From Phoronis australis (lineage: Eukaryota > Animalia > Phoronida): 52,967 bases of DNA. Positions 12,301 through 24,116 of this stretch are shown one piece after another. How positions within the stretch are numbered: position 1 is the first letter of the stretch; each line of letters starts with the position of its first letter. The stretch lies in contig NMRA01000644.1 of NCBI GenBank assembly GCA_002633005.1, positions 173,597 to 226,563 on the forward strand. The letters are read 5' to 3'. The position numbers and the translations under genes are program-made. The notes beneath the pieces were generated by a model. It was not told the DNA's origin, did not search any database, and saw only the letters and a program-made list of their open reading frames with translations.

Positions 12301-14070
12301 TGCAGGCATCTAGAGTATGGATGTAAGTATGTACCTGAAATACAATAATTATGTAAGTCAAATAGGTCAGCTAGTTTAAAGAACTACCTTATTATATCTT
12401 ATTACCACCTAAACCGCAATCACGCCACTCAACTTCAAACATGGTTCGTCTCAACACGGTTATTATATCAGTAGCTCCTTCAAAACATTTCTAGGGAGGG
12501 GGGAAATTTCCCCTTCACAAAGATATGAAAATCATCCATAAGTACAAAATGGCTTCAGTTAAAATGAAGGCTTGTGTGCAAAATCTACTAAGAGAAAAAT
12601 AATGCATCACTGTCAAGCTTTTGTTGGGAAATGGCAAGAAAAAGACTAGATATTAAGTGCACACTCCCTGTATCTTGTGACTGTTACAGTAAATCAATAT
12701 ACTAAAAAGAGGTAAAGGCAACAACATTGTTCATCACTGGCTTTCTGTTTAATATTGAGCACATCTGAGAATTACTTTGTAACACCTTGAATACTAATTG
12801 AGGATTTATTTTTACCTGATGGCTTTCACCTTTCTTTGTGATACAAGCCGCCACGTGCCATGACATCCTTTTTACCAAACCAGTCGGACTGTGCTTCACG
12901 GAAACTGATGGGTATGAACTTCATTGCAAAATCCATTACAACCAAAACTTGGTGTGGGGTGAGAGATGACATCAGATCCTGTTTTGCTTGTTCCTGGTTT
13001 ATCCCTCTGACAATATTCTGTGTGTTCGTGATAACAGCACGTCAGTTTTTGTCTAAAACCAAGTCCAAACTCATGTCGATGTGTAAAATATATAACGGCG
13101 CATTTCCATTGGTTTGCCAGTCCAACCTCCTATCTCCAGCTCTGGCAAGAATCAGCTGTAATTCCGATATAGTTTCAAACTTCTGTGGCACTTTGCACGA
13201 CCTCAGATGACTTCTGACGTCTTTAACACACCTAATGAAGGCCACATTTCCTCCGCGATCACACGTATGTAACGAAAATTGACCAAATGTACAAGAAGGA
13301 AATTCCTCCATATTCTTTGCAGTGACAGGAAGTGCATGTAATCTCGAACCCTAAAGTGCTATTGGTAAAGTTAAACGAAGAATGGAGTGTTTTAGAAAAT
13401 TGGGGTCTCAAAAGTGAAATTTAAATTTTTGTGATATTCCATTGTTGATATTAGATCATATATTTTAGGTGATATCTCTAAACTAAAAGAGTAGCCTCAA
13501 CTCTCTTGTCAGTCAGAGTAAGGCCACATCACAAAAATGCCCAAATTCGAGGGCCACGTTTAAAACTAAATATATAAGAGACAAGTTTTTTTAAAAGCAA
13601 TTATCAAAGTTCAATCTTAGAAGTGTCTACAAAGAGAATTTCAACTTCAAATATATTCCGATATAGCAGGCAGGTTAAGCAACATCTTGCCACTTGTGAC
13701 TGGCCTGAAAAGTGGTCTCGGAGTTTTCTCCCCTGCTGGAAATTTAATTGTACCTATGAGTTGCAAATTTCATTTTCTTACTAACCTTACATGAATCTTA
13801 ATGACCATCAGTGTCAAACTTTGTCACCAGTTTTCCAAGTCTGATTTTTTGCCGTTCAAAAAATGCAGTTTTACTGACATGAAAAAATGCAAAATATGAC
13901 TTTATAGCCAAATAGGTCATATCTCGGTAACCAAAGGTCATTGAGTGCAAATATTGCAGCAGTGTACTTTGGGCCAGCATCCCAACACATGCACAAAGTA
14001 TTAGTTCTGTATGAATTTTTGAGTATGTAGTGATTTTTTATTTTCATATGGTTTTTATATGGAATCATTC
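9332..14070 (-). mobile_element. Sola3-like DNA transposon, internally deleted and decayed
   Basis: TIRs GAGCAATTCCATATAAAAACCAGATG versus rc GAATGATTCCATATAAAAACCATATG, both flanked by TTAA. GAG terminus plus TTAA TSD fits Sola3. Transposase relic inside. Confidence 0.75.
11165..13311 (-). pseudogene. Sola3-like DDD transposase pseudogene
   Basis: Fragments ELQLILARAG; VLVVMDFAMKFIPISFREAQSDWFGK/SWH; FLHSDNANCYHS; YDFSESQKGKDICDR; C2H2 finger CTHYGCSKSF..LSEHLDVGAH; ALKSTRKAVRFSEKVK. In-frame stop at 11960-11962 and frameshifts. Confidence 0.75.
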
Positions 14071-15945
14071 TTAAGACGTCTGTAATTTATACCAGAGGCG
14101 TCCTTAACCTCTGAGTCTCATCTTCCCAAATAAACTATGATACTAATTAAAGGTCTGATATCGGCTTTTGGGAAGATTTTTGTGTAAAGTGAAGCACACA
14201 TGGAATTCCCAGTAACGAGAGTCATGCAGCGGACGTCCCTGCCAAGGACGTCCAATGTATCATTTGTACATGTACGTCTACTGTCAATCAGAATTCATCC
14301 AGTTTGGACATCAACATTGTAAGATTACGAGGACTCCAAGTTGATGAAAGATGGACCAATGTTCAAGAGAGAAGGTGGCCCTTTAAAGTCAGAAAGAAAT
14401 AAACAATGTATTTAAAATGTTGCAATCTTCAAACTACAAATTTAGAAGACCTGTCAATCATTAGCAGGTGTTCGGTTGCCACAGTGTATGTCAGTGCAGT
14501 CTCTGGTTTCGGTAGTCTTACATGTCACTGCAATTCACTACTTTATACAGGTACCCCGACCTTGGTTAACTCCAAACTGATGTTTCAGAGCTGTACTGTC
14601 ATGTTTTTCACCATTTTTCAAAACATCAGAGTGAAACAAATATCATTATTTTATTAATATATTGTGTCATAAGAATATTCCCATTTAAAATGTTTTAGTT
14701 TACACCCGTTTCATGCTTTTCTACATGCCTCTTAATATGGAGCAGCAGTGACACCTGCTGCCAAAATATAAACATTCATGCCGAAATTAAATTATGTAAA
14801 GGGCGAGCTAAAACAGAGCTTTGGAATTACTTCAGTACTGTCTATGAAATATCCGTATGTGTACGAATGTCGTCTGCCATGTCAAAAATATCCTTAATGG
14901 GTTACAATACTTTTGTTTGCAAATCACCACTCGAAGGCAGTTAAATGTGATAAATTGAAAGAAGGTATTCAAAAAATTGTTTCGTGCTGAATTTGTTAAT
15001 TTCCATGCGCATTTGAGAAAATTCTGAGCAAACCAATTTTTATAGTCCAACCTTTATATTTTATTATGTTAGCCTAGTGAGTGAGGTCAGTGGTGATCGA
15101 GGAACAGACAAACTCAAGTGTCTGGTTTATATTTGCCGGTTTCGCGCCAGCATTACTTAGTCAATATCTGACTTGTTTAAAGTATGATATTGGACAAAAT
15201 ACTTCTCGCTAACCAATTGATAGTAGCTGCTGAGCAACATTTTTCAAATGTAACAGTTTTGGTTCACTCGGCTCGTTCTTACTCGACCTTATATTCGTAT
15301 TCAGCTTGTTCAACTGAAACTTTTCCTGTTCCATCTCCCGTTTTTGGGCACGCTCTTTACACTCGTAGACCTGCTGCAAGGGCTCGTCCGCAATTTTTCA
15401 ACTTTTCACCGGTATAATCGAACTGTTTCGCTTACGCAACGTACTTTTCACAATCCTTTGTAGAGGAAGGGTATAATTTCCAGAGTGGACGTCGTTGATT
15501 AATATTCAAATGGTAATTACTGGATTCAAAACTATTCAGCACAATCACGTAAAACTTAAATCAAACGCTCCCGGACTGGCTCCTAGAAGTCAGAAATTGG
15601 CAGTGGATTTGTTTAAAAGATAGCTATACTTTGAGGTTGTGCGTGGATGGAGAGTGAATTAGTTAATCTAGTAATTAATTGATTATATAATAACCACTAA
15701 TTAAGTAGACTAACAATAAAAGAAAGTAACAGTCTACGGTAACACCCACTGTAAGGATTACTTCAGTAAATTAACTAAAAGTAATCAAACATCTTATCTT
15801 CTATCGAAGCTATAGAACTCCCCACTTGTTGTATAACAGTCCTATATGTGACGCGTACGGGGCTGTGTCAGTGTACTTGCTGGTCACAATCCTAGCTGAC
15901 GCAACACTTGCAGGCAATATCTTCTCCTCAGGATTCCCTATGCAA

Positions 15946-16088
15946 CATGGGCGGCGCAGCACCGAAAGAGGTGGGGCTAAAGCCCTTAGCCCCCCCGTGT
16001 GGTTCACCCCCCATGCACCATGGGCGGTGCAGCACTGAAACAGTGAGGGATATAGCCCCCCCCAGTCCCCTCTGGTGCGCCGCCCATG
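15946..16088. mobile_element. Dimeric CATGGGCGG-family MITE
   Basis: Two head-to-tail units, outer TIRs CATGGGCGGCGCA / TGCGCCGCCCATG, TSD TGCAA on both sides. Confidence 0.8.
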
Positions 16089-16548
16089 TGCAAGTCACAG
16101 TGTTTCGTGACGCAACACGTATAGTGACAAGCTTTTAATGAAGTTTCGGTACGTTAATCATTGCCCTTGCCGATATCCTCTTTAGAATCTTCCACAATAT
16201 GTTGTACAGTTTCTTCTGTACGCTGTAGCAAGTCTCATAGCTTCAACCATTTAACTGTGTATGAATATTTTGCAAATTTCCACCCAAACTGTATTAATAT
16301 ACTTATTTAAGGATTGGCTAATGAAAACCACATTTTCTTATTCAACCATATCATTGGCTGTTTCGATTTTCTGTCAGAAATTTCTAGGATTATTAGAATC
16401 CATTGACCCCGTAACCGAAGTGATAAACATCATCTAAATATAGATCTTGACATCAAAACTACATGTAAACAAGTTTGACCCATTGGCTTAAAAGTACATA
16501 TGCACAAATTTTGAGCAACTTAAAACGGAATTATGTGTGCTAATTACT

Positions 16549-16632
16549 CAATCAATATTGATTCTGAATGCTATTAATCAATATTGATTCTGAATGCTAT
16601 TAATCAATATTGATTCTGAATGCTATTAATCA
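16549..16632. repeat. 26-bp minisatellite, about 3 copies
   Basis: ATCAATATTGATTCTGAATGCTATTA repeated. Confidence 0.9.
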
Positions 16633-18228
16633 GATATTCTCAAAGCCATCTAACTTTTTGTCATAATCATACAAAAATGACATTTCTGCGTACGTCCCAT
16701 TTTATTGGGCACCTGCAGCTAGGCATGTTGTGAGTAGTTCAAGTTTTTCCACAAAAGATGCATTCACGAAAACTAATTCATGTTCTTGTTAAGGGATCTG
16801 ATGCCAATGTCTTCCCAGGCACCCAATGCTCAGTTGTCCAGCTGTTCACTGTTTCAGCCTCGTTTTGAAGTTGATCAAAGTTCAAACTCCCAGCCATCGA
16901 TATTCATGAGAGGGAGCGAGAAATGCAGCAATAAAGAAAGAAATGAAAGTCGCTTTGACCGATCTTTATTTTGCCTTTATCGTCAGTACACTGGTGTAAA
17001 TGTCGAAAATTTCATTGGCCTATCAAACGTCTGAAACACAAGATTAAAACAAAAGTTATGCAATTACAATCGTGATATACTGGAAAACACAATGAAAGAG
17101 ACTTGTGTTGAGTACAGACTGACACAGATGTAGAGTGAAGAATTTTCAAAATTCAAGTCAGAGTTGTACATGTAGTTTAAGTTCGAATTATAGATTTCCG
17201 GCAGCAGTGTCGACATTCCCCAGTGTGAAACATGCACCAACTACAGCTTTTGGAACCGACTACAAAGTAATTTGTTGCGAAGCCACCTGTGCCCAGTTGC
17301 ATGAAACAGTCCCAAAAGGGACCCTTAAATCTGTTGCGTATTTGTGTCGTTCTTTAATCACATATAGAATTTTTCTCACGATTTTATTTCAAATAATGAG
17401 GTCCTAATTGACTAATAAGATAATCTAATCATATAATTTAAAACTACGTCCTTGGTTCAAATAAAATACATGTATATAGGTACTTAGTCTTTAAATTAGG
17501 AAGTTGCATGAGAAGATCCCTACTTAATTTCATTAATATTCAGAATTTAACTTAGACTTTAATCTTACTAAGCAATGAAACTGAAACAGCATAAGAAAGG
17601 ACAATAAGTTTTTCACAAGTCCACAATTACGCAGTATATTTAGGGAACTTAGTTGAGTCCCTTTTTGGAGTGTTTCATGCAACCGGTCACTAGCTACTTC
17701 GACTGGGGATATGATTCGTTTTCCAAGGCCTTGGAGCATTCTTATATGAACACCGGTAGGCTGTAGCGAAATTTTCAATAGTATTTGGAGTAAAGCGGCT
17801 CTAAAATGTCTGAAAAGTTATTTCACAGATGAAACCATGGTCATCTCGGCGTCAGAAGTGTCCCCGTGTTTGTGAGGTCTAATTAATTAGTGATAACACT
17901 AACGTTTAAAATTATGAAAGGATCCTTCTTTGACAAAAACGACAATAACTGCAAGTTAAATTATTCTCATTTCCCGGACCCATGGGACCTTATCCCAAAT
18001 TCAGACTCGTCTCAGACTCTGAGTCAGTCAGTAACCGCAAAATCGTTAGCGTACTTGTGTAGTTCATAAATCACGTGTAATCTCTTTCAATCATCTTATC
18101 TTTACCATGAGGTGTTTTTCACTGATGACAAACTCTAGTAATTTAACTAACACTCAGCACTTCAGTCAGTGAAAATAAATAGAGACTTAAGTCCCAAAAA
18201 TTAGGGACGTTGCCCTAACAGTTTTGAG

Positions 18229-18335
18229 GAGACACTAGTGTGGCTTAGTGTGATCGTGCCGCCTTTTTTACTCGAGGTCGTGGGTTCGAGCCCCACTGGG
18301 CCACACCAATGCTGGACCCTTGAGTCAGGTCTCTA
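18229..18335 (+). mobile_element. tRNA-derived SINE fragment
   Basis: A-box-like TGGCTTAGTG, B box GGTTCGAGCCC, followed by SINE-body-like GGACCCTTGAGTCAGG. No clean cloverleaf. Confidence 0.6.
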
Positions 18336-20072
18336 GCTCCTCAGCTCGATTTCCGGTATATATTAATAAAGCACAAAATATTTCCAGGTGATCAGTGCAA
18401 TGGGCTCACATGCGCGGCCTGCGAACGTCTGGTACAACGTGTACCAGACCGCCTGCAATTATTTTTTAACAGTTCGCTACTAATGTTTAATAACATCTAG
18501 AACTGAACGTAGAGTTCACTCTTGATTTGACTAAGTAATAAAAAATAAAACAGATTATCAGTAATTTCACATGTCCGCGGTAAATTTAGGGAACTTAGTT
18601 GAGTCCCTACTTTTTGCAGATTCATGAAAGCAACCGACCATTGGTCCCGTGCGGGTTAACTACAATAACGCAAGATTCTGTGAGACTTGACAGTGACCTC
18701 ACCGAAACTAGGGCAAAAGCTGTTCGTTTGGCCATTTGTCAAATACGTTAGCAGAGTCTATTCCGTCCCGCTTACTCCGAGTTTTAAATGTTTTAGTGTG
18801 AAAAATGCCGAACAATCATTGCTGTTATGGAAAATGTAAGTCAGATTCGCACTCAAACACTTCCCATCGCGTTCTGTATTAACTTCGTGTCGTGTATTAT
18901 AAAAGGGCGGTAGGCGAAATCTGCTCACCGACTAAGAGTTTTCACATCGCCAAAAACACATTCTCAAATTCAAACTATCACTTAAATAAGCGCTTACTTT
19001 CCTCAGTGACCCATTTTGTTTCTGCACATGCCAATGCGTAAACACAAAGTATTTCAACTGAGTCACGTGAATTATGAGGCAAAGGCAAGCACAAGACTGA
19101 GTGAAGAGCGTGACCGGGCATGTGACATTTGCAAAACAGCATGCGACGATATCAAGTGAAATTTGTAACATTTGTGTCCCTTGTACTTTTTGTTCGTCAA
19201 CAGGCGTAATTTCTCATAATTTCCTCAGAATGGCGCCCGGTGAGAGAAACTCCAGCGAACCGCGACAGATATTCATGTATATGTTCAAGATATTTGTTGC
19301 ATGTTTTATTTGATTTCTTTGTTGCATTTTGAAATGAGAAACTTTTTATGGGGATGTACTGTGGGCCCCTATGTGTGTCTGCGGCATTCAGGGCGATTTA
19401 ATTACCTATTTGGGGTCGAGTTCCAATTTTAGGCCGTTCACATCTTCGCACAACAATAAGTTCACCTTTTCTCCGTCCAGTCACAGTTATTCCACGATCC
19501 ATCAACTACTGTAGTTGTGGTAATTATTAAGCGTAAAATTCTTCATGTAAATTCACTAAGGTTTAGCGCGTGTAGCAAAAACTCTTGTGCAAAACAAGGG
19601 CAATATGGCGAGTTTTGCCTTACTTCCGGTGATGTCACATTAATATATTTAATATCTGGAGACTCGCAAGTGAGCTATTGTTATTTACCAACATCTTGTG
19701 GACTTCGCTTTGCTGTTCAATGAGCTGCCACTAGATTCTGCATCAAAAGATACGTGGTATGAGAGAATTGATGCGGTGATAGTGTATTTGTGTAGTTTTA
19801 CATTTTTAGAAGTCACATAGCACGCGTTAAAGTAAGGCGCGATTTTCCAAGCCCCAACGATGCGGTGACGCGGTGGTACTTTGATCGACCGCGGGTAATT
19901 GTGCTCCTAAGGTGCGGGAGGTGGCTGAAATAGGTGATTCTTGTGTGCCTTTTGTAATAAAAATCGCAATTCTTAATGGCGTTGGGTTCTGATTTTCTTA
20001 AGAAGATTATTTTATAAAAGTTTAGACACAAACCGTAACCACTTATTCTATGTTCCTTTGTTTTGTATATTT

Positions 20073-20191
20073 TTACGTACAGCGACATTTACACCATCCA
20101 GAGTAGCCACAGTGTCCTCCATTTTTAGCGCCTCTATCTGTGCACATTATGTCACATTCAGAATCGGAACAGTTGCTGTATACTCTCGAAG
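20073..20191 (-). CDS. Defensin-like (CS-alpha/beta) terminal exon B: (A)SRVYSNCSDSECDIMCTDRGAKNGGHCGYSGWCKCRCT*
   Basis: Acceptor TCTATTCCAG, phase 1, open to TAA. Pattern C-x4-C-x3-C-x10-C-x5-C-x-C with GxC, plus a 7th Cys. Confidence 0.72.
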
Positions 20192-20408
20192 CTGGAATAG
20201 ATGACATTATTCACTTGCAAAAATGTATTCGTACTTCATTCTTACGATTCCAACTGTGAGTGTGTGTATTTTCACCCCGTGGCTGAGGTTCGGAGGGGGG
20301 TTGCAACGATGGAATAACACAACCACAATGTAGAAAGGGGCGGAAACACCTGCATAACAACTATTGGAGGGCGTGTCCCAGGAAGGAGAACAGATCATTA
20401 TCAATTAG

Positions 20409-20558
20409 CAGGAGTGGATGCAGGATTCTGAGTTTAGGGGGAAGGCCAGAGTAGTATAAAGGATCTTTACCACCAGAAAATAAAACTGTCAATGGAATCT
20501 GGGGAACTTTTAGGGGGTGCATAGCTTTCATAGCCCCCCTCCACTAAATCAGCCACTG
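20409..20558. mobile_element. CAG-terminated MITE with 5-bp TSD (second copy ~21286-21432)
   Basis: CAGGAGTGGAT...ATCAGCCACTG flanked by ATTAG on both sides. Homologous copy at the same position in the duplicated unit. Confidence 0.7.
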
Positions 20559-20940
20559 ATTAGAGCATCAGTGCAGCTCGTGAAGCATATAAGTTGACTA
20601 CCACAGTGTTGAAGCCTTCACTGGAAACTTCCAAAATTGCCTCTGTTGTTAACCCTATGCAGACGCGTTTTTCTCCAGCCCCAAGGATTCAGTGACGCGG
20701 TGGTACTCTGATCGACCAGGAGTAATTGTGCTCTTGGGATGTGGTAGCTGGCCGAAAGAGAAGATTTTTGCCAAGTTGCCATTTAATATCGTTTCCTGCC
20801 TTTTTGTGGCTTTTGTAACAGGAATTGGCAAATTTATTGGCGTTTGGTATTGATTTTCTTTAAACATGGAAGCGTATTTTTCAAAAAGTTTAGTCACGAA
20901 TCGTAACCACTCATTCTATGCTCCTTTGTTTTGTATATTT

Positions 20941-22411
20941 TTACGTACGATGACAAAAACAAATTCCGAAGGTACAGAATCCGCCACTTCTATTGCCTCC
21001 TGCTCTGCAGTCCTTGGCACAGACCCGATCATTACAATTCCCAGAATTTCTTTCCTGTATATCTGAAATAGAGGGCATTATTTCCTTGTAAAAACACAGC
21101 CGTACTTCATTCTTACAATTCTAACGGTGAATGTATGTATTTTCACCCCGTGGCTGAGGTTCGGAGGGGGGTTGTGACGATGGAATAACACGACTACAAT
21201 GTACAAAGTGGTGGAAACACCTGTTGTTGCATAACGAGTGTTGGAGGGCGTGTTCCTGGAAGGAGAACAGATCATTATCAATTAACAGGGGTGAATGCAG
21301 GATTTTGAATTTGGGGGCAGGCCAGAGTATTAAAGTGGATTTTTCCGGTCAGAAAATCAAACTGCCATTGGCATCCGGGAAATTTTTAGGGGTCGCATGG
21401 CCTTCTTGCCCACCCCCTTAAATCCGCTGCTTATTCATTTTAAATTTTCAAACAGTGTCACTGTGTAACATTGGATGTTGTCTTTCCGTGTTGTCATGGT
21501 AACCTTACATGTAAGGTCAATCTTAGTGTAGAGAATATTAACTACTTTTTGTATGTACTTAGCATAATGTTTTATCATTTGTCAATTTTTATTAAAGAAT
21601 AGATTAAATGAGCGAAAAGTAATACATGTAGACCTTTTCAGTTCTTTGTTTCGTTTTTTCGTTATTCAGTATTTCGTTATTCAGTATTTTGTTTTGCATT
21701 TGTTAAGAACACCATGGATACCTCTGAGTTCATGGCTTTCAGTAGCTAATGTACCGTAACTTTTAGTCAATCTGCCTACAGTTATAAAGGTTAAAACATG
21801 AAATAACGGTACTTATCAGCCCAGACGCAGATGCTTGTTATCTTCTCAAGAGCTGATATAGAAAAGTGGTTCTTCTCCTGTGATAGTGCTTAATAACTCA
21901 TTCATCACACGCTTGTATCAACGTTTATCTGATATAAGCATGACCATGTTCGTCTGATCTTGAATTCTAATTTCAAGTCACAGACAATGCATTCAATACA
22001 CCACTTTCAAGGTTGACAAACCCCAATAAACTATGAAAACGTTTTGAGTAGTTGATGGCTTCGAAATTTTAGTTGGTAGCAGAAATAGAATTCCATTGCG
22101 GTAAGAAATGTTTTGAGACCGTTTTGATTAGTGGGGAAAGTCCTAAATCAATTTCTAAAGCCATCTATCCACGTCGCAAACTCGACCAGGCTCACGTTAT
22201 GCGGATGCAAGAAGCTAGCGAGAACGCAAAACTTCGCCAGGCATTACAAGAACTGCAGGTGATCACTTTAACTTTACTAGCGAAATCTTGCGGAACTCGG
22301 CCCAGAGCACTGACAGTTATTGTTCTCACCAACGCCTTTGCCATCTATCGGCAGCGCCTGGATGCAGCCCACAGCCAGCATCAATATAATGAATACCGCG
22401 AAGAACTTCAT
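20941..22411 (-). CDS. Secreted CS-alpha/beta defensin-like prepropeptide, 67 aa (exons 22330-22411 + 20941-21062): MKFFAVFIILMLAVGCIQALPIDGKGVDIQERNSGNCNDRVCAKDCRAGGNRSGGFCTFGICFCHRT
   Basis: Hydrophobic signal peptide ending IQA. Donor G|GTGAG and acceptor TCTATTTCAG|AT, both phase 1. Six-Cys pattern C-x4-C-x3-C-x10-C-x4-C-x-C with GGFC. AATAAA at 20833-20838 (minus). An acceptor at 22448-22449 implies an upstream non-coding exon. Confidence 0.85.
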
Positions 22412-24055
22412 GACGTCTGGTGTTCAGTCAGTGTCAGTTCAAGTTACCTGAAACAAGTATGTAAAATAAGAAACAAAAATGTGAGATTAAAGCAAAATGT
22501 GAATAAACGTTAGCAAATAATATAGAAAAATTACCCTTCCGTAATATCATGTAGTTATTGAAACATCTATGGATACAGTCTTCTGCATACCCTGTACCTA
22601 AGATTCCTTGATACAGTTGGAGAACTGCCATCTTGTGGCATGCGGATTTGAAAACGTCTTGCAACTTAACAACAGGCAGTTAGTAAAAAATACGTACTTT
22701 ATGTTCCTTTAGCTTTTTTGAGTTGCCATGTTGCGGCAAAACAAGTCAAAAAATTTTCTGGTAACCTGCTAGATGGGGTTTTGTTTCTGTACATGAGAAT
22801 GCCGACATATTCAGTTCAATTTTTTATTACTACGAGCTAATCTTATTTGAAGCTGGTGGTGCGCAGTAAACATTGGTGTAGCGACGGTGAAAGTCTGAAC
22901 AATCCAATCAAAAATTGTACAAGCTGATTGGTTCCAGTCTAAAATTACCTTCTATAAAGTTGGTACTTCTGTGCGTTATGACCTAGGTGAAGGAATTTGG
23001 ACAGTTTGCCTCGTCTGGTGGGAGCAACAACAATATCGGGATCCCATTATTTAACATTTGATTCATAATAGGCAGCGTATCTGGGACCTTTTCAAAGGCT
23101 ACCCCTTTCAAACACAATCCTGAAGAAGTGAGCCTTCTCCTAAAGCGTACTGCAACAACTGAGTCTTGGCCTTAGGCCTTTTTTATTTCTGGAAATCGAC
23201 GAAACTGACTGCAGTTTCCGAGACAGAGTGCCGTCTATTCTTTCAAAGACGATACTGTTTTTCCAAGCACTTCTTCGAATTTTGCAGCACTACACGGCGC
23301 TTAAGGTTTGACGGAGCTGAATTAATGTACGTCCACACTCGATCCCCATCAATGCTTACATTCCCGCGGTCTTGTTGAGACAATCACAGTAGGGTTCAAG
23401 TAAGAAATTGCTGTCTAGGGATGTAATCGGTGTCGACGGAGGTGCAAACGATCAGTGGCGGAGGCGAAACTGCGGTCGACGGCGGGAGGTTGCACTCACG
23501 TGTACTTCGCCTTCATCCACTTGACACACATACATGTACAAGCAAATTTTCTTCCGTCTCTACGTGACTTATTCTGCCTACCATACTTACACTGTTGTCT
23601 GCGCTCCTTATTGCAAGGTTATGGATCACTAACAATATAGTCCGTTATGTATTCTGCCAACTGTAATGAAACGGATAACATTAATAGATTTACTAAAGTG
23701 ATGCCGTTAATAATGTTGTAATTTTTGTTGCATACATTGTCATCTCCGGCAACATTTGACGATGTTGAGATAATTCCGGCTCACGAAGGTCCAAAAATTC
23801 ATCAGCAAAACACTCTCCGAATTTTAAATTTAGATAATAATATTTAAAACTGAAATTTAAACCAGTTTATTTTCAGTAGTTACGCATCTTTCACAAGTAC
23901 AACCAGATACCAACACACAAAACGAATATTTGGTTAGCTTTATAACCGACTCCACACTTCAAACAATTAAGACTGTGTGTTGATAAAAGCAAAAAACGTC
24001 CTATGGAGCAGTACCATTGATCAATCTTGATATTTTCGTTGGGTGTAGAAAAGAC

Positions 24056-24069
24056 GTGTGTGTGTGGGT

Positions 24070-24113
<44 letters not shown>

Positions 24114-24116
24114 TGT
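24056..24116. repeat. (GT)n microsatellite
   Basis: Direct reading. Confidence 0.95.

Larger units (their letters stand above)
19837..21437. repeat. Tandem duplication of a ~750-bp unit (19837-20563 and 20663-21437); each unit = 3' UTR + defensin-like exon + intron end + MITE
   Basis: Shared blocks, e.g. GGTACT.TGATCGACC, CCTTTGTTTTGTATATTTTTACGTAC, GTATTTTCACCCCGTGGCTGAGGTTCGGAGGGGG, GGAAGGAGAACAGATCATTATCAATTA. Confidence 0.92.

Noticed and set aside
14468-15897. Cys-containing short frames (VFGCHSVCQC at ~14468; GLCQCTCW at ~15860) as further defensins
   Set aside because: They lack the CxxxC/GxC/CxC spacing and are on the opposite strand from the leader exon.
20207-21281. Paralogous ORFs MIMICSPS... 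(20207-20404, 21078-21281)
   Set aside because: They lie in the duplicated intron just upstream of the defensin acceptors; the similarity reflects the DNA duplication and no protein features are visible.
22073-22513. 146-aa plus-strand ORF
   Set aside because: Antisense to the signal-peptide exon, non-ATG start, no recognisable domain.
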